A stretch of 63,145 bases of DNA, from assembly GCA_964430735.1 (NCBI GenBank), contig CAYSFB010000012.1:1-63145 (forward strand). Direction: 5' to 3'. This DNA comes from an uncultured Planctomycetia bacterium (GTDB lineage Bacteria; Omnitrophota; Gorgyraeia; 2-02-FULL-51-18; JAGOUK01). The position numbers and the translations under genes are program-made. Below, one piece after another: positions 26,950-37,502 of the stretch. Each line of letters opens with the position of its first letter. Within the stretch, counting starts at the first letter, position 1. The notes beneath the pieces are model-generated. The model did no database searches and was not told where the DNA came from. It worked only from the letters and a program-made list of their open reading frames with translations.

Positions 26950-29900
26950 TCAGGTTTTCGATGGGCCGACCTCGAGATGAATTTTTTTCTTCGATTCAAA
27001 ACGCGCCAGAACAAGGTACAAGCTCGGCACGACGAACAGCGTGAGCACCGTCGAAACGATGGTCCCGCCGATGATCGGCAGACCCATCGGCGTGCGCGTC
27101 TCCTGGCCGATGCTGTTGCCGATCACCAGCGGCAGCGCCGCCGCGACCGTCGCCACGGACGTCATCAGAATCGGCCGCAACCGCACCGGGCAGGCCTTCA
27201 CGAGCGCCTCGCGGACGGAGGCAGACGGGTTCCGTTCGCGGGTGTGGTTCGCAAATTCGACGAGCAGAATCGAGTTCTTTTTGGCGATGCCCATGAGCAC
27301 GATCAGGCCGATGAAGCTGAAGAGATTGAGCGATGTCCCCGTGCCCCAAAGACTCAGCAGCGCGCCCGTCACACTGAACGGCAGCGCCATCAAGATCGAC
27401 ACGGGATGGACGAACGAATTGAACTGGACCGCAAGAATCATGTAGGCGACCAGGATCCCCATGAGCAGGGCCCCGCCCAAACTCTTGAAGCTCTCCGACA
27501 ACCCGGCCGAGGAACCTTCCAGTGAAAAAGCGTATCCGTCCGGCAGGATTTCGATCGCGATCCTGCGGGCGCGCTCAAGCGTCTTCGACTGAGACTGACC
27601 TGCCTTGAGGTTCCCGAACACCCCGACGGCACGTTGGCGATTCACGCGCGTGATCGATTGATAGGTGTTTTTCTGCTCAAACGTCACCAGCTCGGACAGC
27701 GGGACGGAATAGCCGTAATTGTTCCTCACCAGGATCTTGCCGAGGTCCTCGGGCGTCATGAGGCGATTGTCCGGCAGCTTGATCCGGATGTCGAAGCGTT
27801 TGCCGTCGGCCGTGTACTCTCCCTGGCGGATGCCCGCGACCGTCGCGCCGAGCGTCTGGGCCACCGCGTCGATCGAAACGCCGCGGCGCGCCATGGCGGC
27901 GCGATTGGGACGGATCAAAAATTCCGGCAGTCCGAGTTTGAAGTCCGTATCCATATCCTGCGTGAGGCCCTCCGCATCCAGACGTCCGATCAGCTCCTGG
28001 GCCTTCCCGTTCAGCACCTCCAGGTCCGGACCGACCAGGTTGAACGAAACCGGAAACTGCCGGCCCGACGTGAGACCGCGCGACGAAAAATCCCGCATCG
28101 AAACCCGCACGCCTTCGACTTTCTTGAATTCCCGGCGGAATTCGTCCATCAACTGCTGGTGGGTCACGGGGCGTTTTTCGCGCGGCTTGAGCTCCACGGG
28201 CAGAAAAAACTGATTCACCTCCGCCGCCGGTCCGCCGGCGCCGATCGAACTGATGATGCTGGCGACCTGCGGATGGTCCTTCAAAATGTTCTCAATCTCG
28301 CGGGCCTTGGCCGAGGTGAATTCGAGCGAGGATCCGGGAGCCGTCTGACCGTTCACGATGATGAAGTCCTGGTCCTGGAGCGGCACGAATTCCTGCCGGA
28401 CGCCTTTGACCAGCACCAGCGACAGCGCGAACAGGACCAGCGACGCCAACACGACGAGTTTGGGGAAGCGCAGGGTCGCATCAAGTCGGCGCGCGTACCA
28501 CGCGTCGAGGCGACCGAAGACCTTTTCGAGCTGATGCTCAAAACGGTTGATCCGGGTCTCCGACCCCATGAGCGCCGCGGCGCGCATGGGCGTGATCGTC
28601 ACGGCCTCGACCAGCGACAGAAGCACCGCCGCCGACATCACGACGCCGAACTGGAAAAAGAATTTTCCGATCACGCCGTCCATAAATATCACCGGCAGGA
28701 ATACCGCCACGACCGCCATCGTCGCGGCCGCGGCGGCGGGCAGGATCTCCATCGACCCGTCGTAAGCGGCCTGCGCGGCGGACTTGCCCATGCGCTGATG
28801 GCGGACGATGTTTTCGAGCAGCATGATCGCGTCGTCGACGACGATCGAGATCGCCAGCGTTAGTGCCAGCAGCGTAAAGAGGTTCAGCGTAAAACCGGCA
28901 AAATAAACGACGATGAACGTCCCCACGATCGACGTCGGTATCGAAAAAAGGATATTCAGCGCCGCCTGCCAGCTTCCCAGGAACAGAAAGCAAACGAGGA
29001 TCGTGATGATGCCCGCGACGATCAGCTTTTCGTAGGTCGTGTGCACGACGGCTTCGGTCGGGCGCGTCAGATCGACGTTGATGCGGAGCTTGTAACCTTC
29101 GGGTAGAAGCGGCTGGATCTCCTCCACTTTGTGACGGACGGCCTCGGCCAGCTTCACTTCGTTCTCGCCACGCTGTTTGCGCACACCGATACCGACCCCG
29201 TCGACGCCGTTGATGCGGGCGATCCGGCGGACGTCGCTCAGCCCGTCTTCGACGCGCGCGACGTCCCGGATCCGGATCTGGGTCTGACCGCTCTGCTGGT
29301 GAATGATTTCCCCGCCGCGGCGCAGGAGCTGGATATCCCCCACCTCTTCCGGCGTCACCGCTTCGCCGAGCCAGCGGACGCGCAGCTCATGCCGCCCGTT
29401 CACGAACTGGCCGGCGGCACTTTCGAGATGCTGGCTCTGGAGGGCGGTCGCGATATCCAGCACCGTGAGGTCCAGCGCCTTGAGCTTGTCGGGGTCCGGC
29501 CAGATGCGGAGATTGCGCTCGGGATAACCGCCGATACTGACTTCGCCGATGCCCGGAATCAGCCGGAACTGGTCGAGCAAAAATCCGTCGATCCAGCGGA
29601 ACATCTCGTCGGCGGGGCGGGTCGAGGTCAGGCCGAGGAACATGAAGGGTTGATCTTCGGGGTTCGTCTTGCGGATGACGGGCGGATCCACGCCCAGCGG
29701 CAGCCGCAGCTGGCTCAGAGCCGCCTGGACTTCCTGCAGCGCGACGTCGACGTTGCGCTGGATGTCGAGGTCCAACGTCACGGAGCCGGCCCCCTGACGC
29801 ACCGATGACTTCATCTGAGAGACGCCCTCGATACCGAGCAAACGCTCTTCAATCGGTTCGATGAGCTCGGATTCCACAACTTCCGGAGAGGCGCCCTCGT

Positions 29901-30051
29901 ACGTCACCCCGATCGACAGGGTCGGAAAGTCGATGTCCGGCAGCTGACTGATGCCGAGCCGGCCGGCGCAGACGGCGCCGATGATGATGAGCCCCGACAT
30001 GAGCACCCATGCGAACACCGGACGGCGAATGGATAAAGAAATCAGATTCAA
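26950..30051 (-). CDS. RND efflux transporter permease (AcrB/HAE-type), no adaptor or OMF gene adjacent
   Basis: 1033 aa. MNLISLSIRRPVFAWVLMSGLIIIGAVCAGRLGISQLPDIDFPTLSIGVTYEGASPEVVE is the typical AcrB-family N-terminus. 12-TM layout with two large periplasmic loops. Confidence 0.92.
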   Translation of the reverse strand: MNLISLSIRRPVFAWVLMSGLIIIGAVCAGRLGISQLPDIDFPTLSIGVTYEGASPEVVESELIEPIEERLLGIEGVSQMKSSVRQGAGSVTLDLDIQRNVDVALQEVQAALSQLRLPLGVDPPVIRKTNPEDQPFMFLGLTSTRPADEMFRWIDGFLLDQFRLIPGIGEVSIGGYPERNLRIWPDPDKLKALDLTVLDIATALQSQHLESAAGQFVNGRHELRVRWLGEAVTPEEVGDIQLLRRGGEIIHQQSGQTQIRIRDVARVEDGLSDVRRIARINGVDGVGIGVRKQRGENEVKLAEAVRHKVEEIQPLLPEGYKLRINVDLTRPTEAVVHTTYEKLIVAGIITILVCFLFLGSWQAALNILFSIPTSIVGTFIVVYFAGFTLNLFTLLALTLAISIVVDDAIMLLENIVRHQRMGKSAAQAAYDGSMEILPAAAAATMAVVAVFLPVIFMDGVIGKFFFQFGVVMSAAVLLSLVEAVTITPMRAAALMGSETRINRFEHQLEKVFGRLDAWYARRLDATLRFPKLVVLASLVLFALSLVLVKGVRQEFVPLQDQDFIIVNGQTAPGSSLEFTSAKAREIENILKDHPQVASIISSIGAGGPAAEVNQFFLPVELKPREKRPVTHQQLMDEFRREFKKVEGVRVSMRDFSSRGLTSGRQFPVSFNLVGPDLEVLNGKAQELIGRLDAEGLTQDMDTDFKLGLPEFLIRPNRAAMARRGVSIDAVAQTLGATVAGIRQGEYTADGKRFDIRIKLPDNRLMTPEDLGKILVRNNYGYSVPLSELVTFEQKNTYQSITRVNRQRAVGVFGNLKAGQSQSKTLERARRIAIEILPDGYAFSLEGSSAGLSESFKSLGGALLMGILVAYMILAVQFNSFVHPVSILMALPFSVTGALLSLWGTGTSLNLFSFIGLIVLMGIAKKNSILLVEFANHTRERNPSASVREALVKACPVRLRPILMTSVATVAAALPLVIGNSIGQETRTPMGLPIIGGTIVSTVLTLFVVPSLYLVLARFESKKKIHLEVGPSKT

Positions 30052-30073
30052 GCGGTTCTCCCGATCAGACGCT

Positions 30074-30862
30074 TCAGATCCGATTCAAAAAGTCGGACAG
30101 CTCGCGGTTAAAAACGGACGGGTTCTCAAGATTGGAAAGGTGTGCCGCCTGCGGGATCAAGCGCAGCTCGGCCTGCGGTAACCGCCCGCGCATGGCCTCA
30201 GAGGCCGATGGAGGGGTCAGCGTGTCGTGCTCCCCCACCAGGATCAGCGCCGGGAGGCTCATTTTTTTGAGGGCCTCAGTCGTATCCGTTCGTCCGGCCA
30301 ACGCCAGGAGCGTTCCCGCGATGCCCAGCGGCGTATTCGCACGGATCATGCCTTGAACATATTCGACCGTCTCGGGGCGCGTCCGGAAAGTGCTCTCGGC
30401 CAGCACCCCTTTGACGAACCCCTCGGCGAATTTCGCCGACCCGCCCGCTTTGACCGCTTGAGCGGCCGCGGCGCGCTTGATCCTGGCTTCATTGCCGTCG
30501 GCTTCGCTTTTTGTATCGCACAGCACCACGGCCGCAAAACGGTCCGGATGGCGCTCAACCGCCCGCAACGCAATATAACCGCCCATGGACAATCCGCACA
30601 CGACCGCACGGGAAATACCCAGGCCGTCCATGACCCCGATCAAGTCGTCGACAAAAAGTTCAATGGAATACTGACCGTCGCCGGTGTCGCTTTTGCCGTG
30701 ACCCCTCACATCGTACGCGATGACCCGCCGCGGGCCGGCCAGCGCATCGATTTGCGGCCGCCACATCGTGTGATCGAACGGAAACCCGTGAATCAGGATC
30801 AGCGGAACGCCGGCGCCGGCCCCGCTCTCATAAACCTGAATGCCGCCGATCCTGCGCTCCAT
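30074..30862 (-). CDS. Alpha/beta-fold hydrolase
   Basis: Start at ATG 30862 (MERRIGGIQVYE; TGATG 1-nt overlap with the upstream stop). LILIHGFPFD (HG oxyanion motif). Nucleophile elbow VCGLSMGGYIAL. Confidence 0.85.
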   Translation of the reverse strand: MERRIGGIQVYESGAGAGVPLILIHGFPFDHTMWRPQIDALAGPRRVIAYDVRGHGKSDTGDGQYSIELFVDDLIGVMDGLGISRAVVCGLSMGGYIALRAVERHPDRFAAVVLCDTKSEADGNEARIKRAAAAQAVKAGGSAKFAEGFVKGVLAESTFRTRPETVEYVQGMIRANTPLGIAGTLLALAGRTDTTEALKKMSLPALILVGEHDTLTPPSASEAMRGRLPQAELRLIPQAAHLSNLENPSVFNRELSDFLNRI

Positions 30863-31422
30863 CAATACCCCGGGTCGGACGACTGGGAGGAAGAGGACGA
30901 ACGGGGCGCGGGCTGGCTGAATAACCCTTCCAGCAGTCCCGCAGCCGCTCCGACACCGGCGCCAACGAGCGCACCCTTGCCGGCCTTGCCGCCGGATAAT
31001 CCTGAGGCCAAAGCACCGGTCGCCGCGCCGGTCAAAGCGCCTTTGACCACCGGGTTGCCGAGCACGTCTCTCAGCGTGGGCGGAGGGTTCTGAGTCGCCG
31101 GACGGGCGTTCACCTGGCTGAACCGCGTGATCTGATCGGCGGTCCAAACCCTGGATTCTTCCTGATGTACGGTCACGCCCACCGCGTCGTTCGCTCTCAA
31201 GCCCTTGAGCGACGACACGCCGCTGAAGCGCGTAGCCGACGTCACTTTGAGCGGAAGCGCGTTGGGATAGGGATGACCGTTCGGATCATAGACCACCAGA
31301 TCGACCGCCGAGGGATAAATCCGCCCCACCCGGCCTTCCAGCGTCTCGGCGAATGCCGTCGCCTGAAACGCCATCATTCCCGCAAGAACCCAAAGCGCGC
31401 ACCGGACTGATAGTTTGAACAT
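30862..31422 (-). CDS. Secreted protein with C-terminal glycine-zipper module
   Basis: Signal peptide MFKLSVRCALWVLAGMMAFQATAFA. C-terminus VVKGALTGAATGALASGLSGGKAGKGALVGAGVGAAAGLLEGLF is paralogous to the modules in 24142..24876. Confidence 0.6.
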   Translation of the reverse strand: MFKLSVRCALWVLAGMMAFQATAFAETLEGRVGRIYPSAVDLVVYDPNGHPYPNALPLKVTSATRFSGVSSLKGLRANDAVGVTVHQEESRVWTADQITRFSQVNARPATQNPPPTLRDVLGNPVVKGALTGAATGALASGLSGGKAGKGALVGAGVGAAAGLLEGLFSQPAPRSSSSSQSSDPGY

Positions 31423-31514
31423 TTTTGGATCAAGCCCCCTGTTGGTGTGAAAAATGGATCGGTAGCCGCTATTTTAAGTCAAAATGCCGGACGGAACCAA
31501 CTGCGGACCAGCAC

Positions 31515-32519
31515 TCAAGCCGGACGGCCAAAAATCCACGAAAAGGGCTGCGGCGGCACTTGGGAAAGAATCCTGTCGAATTTTTCTGATTTTTTTAAAA
31601 AATGCGCGGCCAAACCGCACACCTCTTCCTGGCTCTGCCGGGCCTCGGACGACAGCCGGCTCAAACCCGCGATCTGCCAGTACTCGACCAAATGGGCGAT
31701 GATATCGGCATAGTCTTTCGCCGTATACACGCCGGTCCGCTGGGCGACGACCGCGTACCGCTCGAAGATCTGATGGTCCGTTCCGTCCGACATCAACCGT
31801 GCCGGCATCGCGATCCTCCGCTTCATCATCGCCGCAAAAGCAATCACCGCCCCGGACGGATCCCGTTCGACCACATGACCGAAAAAGCGCTTATACGCCT
31901 CTTCGTGACGAGCTTCGTCCCCCGCGATCATCGCGCACATGCGGGCCAGCAGAGGGTCACCCGCCCTTCCAGCCAGCCCCCCAAGGTTCCCGTGCGAAAT
32001 CTTAGTCGCGCGCTCCTGGAACGACGCGTACACCAGCGACAAATAGGCGTCATTGCCCGAATTCAGATCAAAGCCATTGTTGAGCAGGTGCTGGGTCGTG
32101 ATTTCGACTGCATGCATGTTCACCCGGCCCGACAGATAAAGATATCCGCTCAAAAGATCGCCATGTCGGTTCTCCTCGGCGGTCCAGCCCCGGGTCCAGC
32201 GTCCCCACGGCGTGGAGCTCGCACCGGTCGCATCGCTCAAGCCCTTGACCCGGTTGAGCCAGGTTTGATAGGACGGCAGCGCCTCTTCGGTGATGAGGTT
32301 GCCGATCAGCACCGTCATCAACGCATCCGGAACCGACGCCGCATCCCGGCGCAGCGCCGCCACGGCCTCCTGCCATCCGGGCAGGCTCATGTCCGGAAGC
32401 AAGTCACTGGGCTGCCAGCTGTCCGCTATTGGGTGAAGAAGAAAAAGCTGCTTTTCCACAAAACCGCCCATTCCGCTCAGGACCTCGTCCTGCAGGGAAT
32501 ATGGCGGCGCGGTCAGCAC
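31515..32519 (-). CDS. Soluble acyl-ACP desaturase (diiron, FA_desaturase_2 family)
   Basis: Diiron motifs WTAEENRHGD and IAGDEARHEEAY. ITEEALPSYQ is typical of stearoyl-ACP desaturase-like enzymes. 334 aa. Confidence 0.85.
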   Translation of the reverse strand: MLTAPPYSLQDEVLSGMGGFVEKQLFLLHPIADSWQPSDLLPDMSLPGWQEAVAALRRDAASVPDALMTVLIGNLITEEALPSYQTWLNRVKGLSDATGASSTPWGRWTRGWTAEENRHGDLLSGYLYLSGRVNMHAVEITTQHLLNNGFDLNSGNDAYLSLVYASFQERATKISHGNLGGLAGRAGDPLLARMCAMIAGDEARHEEAYKRFFGHVVERDPSGAVIAFAAMMKRRIAMPARLMSDGTDHQIFERYAVVAQRTGVYTAKDYADIIAHLVEYWQIAGLSRLSSEARQSQEEVCGLAAHFLKKSEKFDRILSQVPPQPFSWIFGRPA

Positions 32520-32695
32520 GTAGGGTCGGGGGTAGGAATCGAAGGGTCGGACGTTCGGCTGCCCGGGGTCTGCATGGGCGGAGACGCTTCAGCCGGATCG
32601 GATTTTTTGGCCAGCTTTTTACTGCGCTTTTCTTCCTGCCACTTGCGTTTGGCTTCTTCCCTGCGCTTCTTGTCGCCGCCGTAATTCTGTCTCAA
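32513..32695 (-). CDS. Possible small basic protein (60 aa, TTG start)
   Basis: GGGAGA-N7-TTG. K/R/E-rich N-terminus (GGDKKRREEAKRKWQEEKRSKKLAKK). 7-nt overlap with the desaturase start. No family recognised. Confidence 0.3.
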   Translation of the reverse strand: MRQNYGGDKKRREEAKRKWQEEKRSKKLAKKSDPAEASPPMQTPGSRTSDPSIPTPDPTC

Positions 32696-32713
32696 GCGTA
32701 TTTCTCCCGATGC

Positions 32714-32752
32714 AAAAAATGCCGCAAGGAGGCTGTCCTTACGGCATTTTTT
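32714..32752 (-). terminator. Rho-independent terminator immediately downstream of the initiator tRNA
   Basis: AAAAAATGCCG-(CAAGGAGGCTGTCCTTA)-CGGCATTTTTT. An 11-bp outer stem encloses an inner AAGGA/TCCTT stem. T-run on the minus-strand 3' side. Confidence 0.78.
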
Positions 32753-32762
32753 CGTATCACGA

Positions 32763-32839
<77 letters not shown>

Positions 32840-32883
32840 TCGTTTTTTATAAAGCTAAACAGAGGCGCATTGTAGCACTCCCG

Positions 32884-32928
32884 GCTTAAAAAGGAAACCC
32901 CCCGTTCCCGTAAGGGAACGAGGGGTTT
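32884..32928 (-). terminator. Rho-independent terminator of the porin gene
   Basis: Minus strand: AAACCCCTCGTTCCC-TTAC-GGGAACGGGGGGTTT followed by CCTTTTTAA. 15-bp stem with one mismatch. About 30 nt after the stop at 32960. Confidence 0.75.
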
Positions 32929-32959
32929 GAATACAGAACCGAACGTTGCTTCTATTTAA

Positions 32960-34450
32960 TTAGAAGGTAACGTTGACGCCGGCCACGGTCTGGAAGGCAG
33001 TCGCGTCGACTTCACCGACGCCGTTGGCGCCAGCAGCCGTCACGAGAGCATCTTCATAGACTTCGCCGGGGAAGAACCAGGCAAGGCCGAGCGAGAAGGT
33101 CACGTCTTCGGTGTAGTTGTAGATCACATCCACATCGAGTTCGGTACCCAGGTCGGAACCGACGTTCTGGGTCGGGGTTCCGGCCGTGTTCGAGGCGTTG
33201 ATGATGTCTTCGTCCGACCAGAACCAGTAGTACTTCGCACCGATCGACAGGTCTTCCATCGGGGCAAACCCGCCGGAGACGAAGAAGGTGTGAAGGTTCG
33301 AGCTCGAGGCAGTGTCGCCCGCGAGCGCGGTCTGGTAGAGGGTCTCCAGATAATCGTGGATGTTGCCATAGGTCGGGGAGCGGAAAAGGCCGTTCCAGCC
33401 TTCAAACGTACCGGTGCTGGTAGCATCGTCACCCGTGGTGAGGAAGTACTCAAGACCGACGTACGGCTTGTAGGCGTGATCGGACCAACGGTATTCACCG
33501 AAGATATCGAAGAGATAGGCTTCGATATCGCGCTCGATGACTCCACGCGCCGTGGAAGCGGAGTTGTCGCCGAACTGATAGGAGAACTCAGCGCCGAGGG
33601 TCATGTTGGACACGGGGTCAAACTGAGCCCGGGTACCGACACCGTAGGTCTGCTGAGTCTTGTTCGTCACGGCAGCGGTGGGGACCACGTCAAGCGTTCC
33701 GCGATCGGAATCCGAATAGGCGTAGGCTTCCCACTCCGCATTGTACTCGGAGAACTGGTAGTTCACGTTCAACCACCAGAAACCACGATCGTCTTCGTCG
33801 TTGGCATCGTTCTGATCGATGTTCGCGTACACGAAGTCGAGCGTCCAGGGCTCGAAATCGAGGGTAGCGCGGGCAGCGTCATACGAGGTAACGGCGGAGA
33901 ACTCATCGGCGATGATCGAGCCCTGGGGATCCTGGATCTGGAAGTTTCCGAAGATCAGGCCACGACCGAACTCGATGTCCTGACGACCGAGCGTCAGGGT
34001 GAGCGGGGCGTAGAACGCTTCCTTCAACGTCACGTAGGCCAGGTCAACGCCAAGGTCGAACTCTTGGTTCGCGTTGGCGGCGGCGGCGCCGGTGATGTCA
34101 TAGGTGTTCTGATTCCAGTCGCGCTGGTTGAACAGGTTGATCACGACCGAAACGTTGTCGGTGAGATCAGCCGCGATTTCGACCTGGGCGGTGGACATGA
34201 ACCAGTCAGCGGCGTCATTGCCGGTGGCGGAGGTCACGCCAGCGTTGGGGCCGGCGGGAACCGCACCGCCGCCATTCGCGACGGTCGGGGCGACGCCGAC
34301 GCCGTTGCCTTCACGGAGGTCGAAGTTCTCTTTGTAGATCCACTTGGCATCAAGTGAACCGGAGACCTTAACGGTCTGGGTTTCCGCGAACGCGGTGCCG
34401 GTGAAGGCCAGCGCGAGGGCGAAAACACCGAGGATACGGAGGTGTTTCAT
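32960..34450 (-). CDS. Outer-membrane beta-barrel porin (alginate-export/AlgE-like family flavour)
   Basis: Signal peptide MKHLRILGVFALALAFTGTAFA. Alternating amphipathic strands. LTLGRQDIEFGRGLIFG motif. C-terminal ...AGVNVTF. Confidence 0.8.
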   Translation of the reverse strand: MKHLRILGVFALALAFTGTAFAETQTVKVSGSLDAKWIYKENFDLREGNGVGVAPTVANGGGAVPAGPNAGVTSATGNDAADWFMSTAQVEIAADLTDNVSVVINLFNQRDWNQNTYDITGAAAANANQEFDLGVDLAYVTLKEAFYAPLTLTLGRQDIEFGRGLIFGNFQIQDPQGSIIADEFSAVTSYDAARATLDFEPWTLDFVYANIDQNDANDEDDRGFWWLNVNYQFSEYNAEWEAYAYSDSDRGTLDVVPTAAVTNKTQQTYGVGTRAQFDPVSNMTLGAEFSYQFGDNSASTARGVIERDIEAYLFDIFGEYRWSDHAYKPYVGLEYFLTTGDDATSTGTFEGWNGLFRSPTYGNIHDYLETLYQTALAGDTASSSNLHTFFVSGGFAPMEDLSIGAKYYWFWSDEDIINASNTAGTPTQNVGSDLGTELDVDVIYNYTEDVTFSLGLAWFFPGEVYEDALVTAAGANGVGEVDATAFQTVAGVNVTF

Positions 34451-34624
34451 AATTTTAAGTAACTCCTTACGAGTGCTTTATTTTCGAAGTTAGAGAAACG
34501 TGGCTCTTTTTAGGAGCCGGATGCAACGTTTCAGGCAACCCTCAGACCTATTACCCAGGTTCCACCTCCTCTTTCGGCGTAAACTAGGTTGCCAATTGTC
34601 AGATAATTTAAGAGAGCAAGGTCC

Positions 34625-34653
34625 AATGTACCAAAACGACAGGCGGCTGTCAA
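34625..34653 (-). promoter_or_regulatory. Sigma70-like promoter for the porin gene (long leader)
   Basis: Minus strand TTGACA-17 nt-TACATT (-35 at 34653-34648, -10 at 34630-34625), about 170 nt upstream of ATG 34450. Confidence 0.5.
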
Positions 34654-34672
34654 TACATGCAGGAGTCCGCTA

Positions 34673-34960
34673 TTACTGACTCTTTTTGAGCTCTTCCGGG
34701 GTGACGATCTTGTAGATGACCTCACCCTCTTTGGCGGTCCCGAAGGTGCGGCGGGCCATGTATTCGACGTAGACGGGGTCATTCTTGAGTTGGCGGAGTT
34801 CCTGATCCAGGGCCAAATTTCTGAGCGCCAGACGCTGGATTTCGACCTGAAGATCAGACTTTTGTGTTTTTAACTTTGTGATCTTGGCAATAATAGGAAC
34901 GAAGACCCATAAAAGAAGAACGCCGATCAGCACTGTGATTAGAACTGATCGGCGTCTCAT
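34673..34960 (-). CDS. ftsB: Septum formation initiator FtsB/DivIC family
   Basis: 95 aa with an N-terminal TM, a coiled coil (LQVEIQRLALRNLALDQELRQLK) and DPVYVEYMARRTFGTAKEGEVIY. Confidence 0.8.
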   Translation of the reverse strand: MRRRSVLITVLIGVLLLWVFVPIIAKITKLKTQKSDLQVEIQRLALRNLALDQELRQLKNDPVYVEYMARRTFGTAKEGEVIYKIVTPEELKKSQ

Positions 34961-34996
34961 TATTTTTAGTCTCCTAACCTATCTTGCGTCGACCAG

Positions 34997-36307
<1,311 letters not shown>

Positions 36308-36375
36308 TTATGCGGTTGCGGGCGTTGTTCTGAGTTTCGAATGATGAAAATGAAAAAGCTTTTTCGCAAAAATTC

Positions 36376-37038
36376 CTAGCGGACCGTGACTTGACGGCCC
36401 TTCACAAAAACCCGGCCTTCGGCCAACTTTTTTACAGCCAGCGGGTAGAGCCGGTGCTCGACGACATGGATGCGCTTGGCAAGCGTTTCAGCTGTATCTT
36501 TGGAGCTGACCTGGACCGCTTCCTGAAAAATGATCGGCCCGCTGTCCAGGTCCGGCGTCACAAAGTGCACGGTGACGCCCGAGACGCGCGCGCCGTACTC
36601 GACGGCGTCGCGGATCGCATGGGCGCCCTTGAACGCAGGTAGAAGGGACGGGTGCACGTTGAGCATCCGCCCGGCGAACGACTGAACGAACTTCGCTCCG
36701 AGAATGCGCATGAACCCGGCAAGGATCACGAAGTCGATTCCGGCTTTGCGCAGCACTCCGGAGAGGGCTTCTTCGAACGCGTCACGGTCCACAAAATCCT
36801 TGGGGCTGAGCAAAGCAGCGGGTTTGTTGGCGCGGTTCGCGCGGACGAGAGCGAACGCTTCGGCGCGGTCACAAACGACCAGCGCGATCTCCGCAGGACC
36901 GAGCGACCCTTTGCGCTCCGCATCCAGCAAGGCCTGCAGGTTTGAGCCGTTGCCCGAACAAAAAACCGCCAGCCGCTTGCGCGGCCCGGCGGTTGATTTC
37001 TTTTTAGAGGTGCTTCTGGATGCGCTCACGCAGGGCAT
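36376..37038 (-). CDS. purN: Phosphoribosylglycinamide formyltransferase
   Basis: LAVFCSGNGSNLQALLDA, LNVHPSLLPAFKGAHAIRDA, GVTVHFVTPDLDSGPII. The only canonical start (37038) overlaps the trxA 3' end by 35 nt. Confidence 0.9.
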   Translation of the reverse strand: MPCVSASRSTSKKKSTAGPRKRLAVFCSGNGSNLQALLDAERKGSLGPAEIALVVCDRAEAFALVRANRANKPAALLSPKDFVDRDAFEEALSGVLRKAGIDFVILAGFMRILGAKFVQSFAGRMLNVHPSLLPAFKGAHAIRDAVEYGARVSGVTVHFVTPDLDSGPIIFQEAVQVSSKDTAETLAKRIHVVEHRLYPLAVKKLAEGRVFVKGRQVTVR

Positions 37039-37330
37039 CCTTGGGCAGGGCTCCCACGATGCGGTCGGCTTCCTTGCCGCCCTTGAACACGATCAAAGTC
37101 GGAATGTTCATCACGCCCATCTGGGAAGCGGATTCGCTGTTCTCGTCGACGTTGAGCTTGACGATCTTCGCCTTGCCCGCCAACTCCGCTGCAAGCTGCT
37201 CCAAAATCGGCGCGATCGCCCGGCAGGGTCCGCACCACGGCGCCCAAAAATCCACAACAACAACGGCCGCCGAATCCAACACTTCCGCCTTGAACGAAGC
37301 ATCCGAAATCGCCACAGTCAAATCCGACAT
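37004..37330 (-). CDS. trxA: Thioredoxin
   Basis: Start at ATG 37330 (AGGAGGGA upstream). 108 aa with VVVDFWAPWCGPCRAIAP (WCGPC active site). Confidence 0.94.
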   Translation of the reverse strand: MSDLTVAISDASFKAEVLDSAAVVVVDFWAPWCGPCRAIAPILEQLAAELAGKAKIVKLNVDENSESASQMGVMNIPTLIVFKGGKEADRIVGALPKDALRERIQKHL

Positions 37331-37400
37331 AAATCCCTCCTGCGCTTCAACCCAATCTGCGCGCGGCACAGCCGCGCGTAAAGAGTACTACCCAAACCCA

Positions 37401-37502
37401 GTTTGCTCAAAAAGTACCGGATGCGAGGCGCGAGACCCCGCCGCGTGGCTAGTGCCACGCAAGGGGTCGAGCAACGAAGCAGACGGTGCTTTTTCAGCAA
37501 AC
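37401..37502 (-). other. About 100-nt highly structured element abutting the tRNA-Thr 3' end (complex terminator or small RNA candidate)
   Basis: Outer 19-nt arms GTTTGCTCAAAAAGTACCG (37401-37419) and CGGTGCTTTTTCAGCAAAC (37484-37502) pair 17/19. Inner GACCCC/GGGGTC and GCGTGGC-TAGT-GCCACGC helices. Confidence 0.4.

Noticed and set aside
30863-31147. N-terminal 95-aa extension of the hydrolase ORF (30074..31147)
   Set aside because: The extension is Arg-rich and overlaps the well-formed secreted-protein gene 30862..31422 in another frame. The hydrolase fold begins at MERRIGG (ATG 30862), which has a TGATG junction.
34451-34672. Assignment of the porin leader to a specific riboswitch class (c-di-GMP, Mn, fluoride)
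   Set aside because: I could not align it to the consensus of any class I remember. It is kept only as an unclassified structured leader.
36355-36368. 14-nt perfect palindrome GAAAAAGCTTTTTC just beyond the purN stop, in the spacer upstream of eno
   Set aside because: It is short, all A/T except the central GC, and too weak to call as a terminator or operator. It is probably fortuitous.
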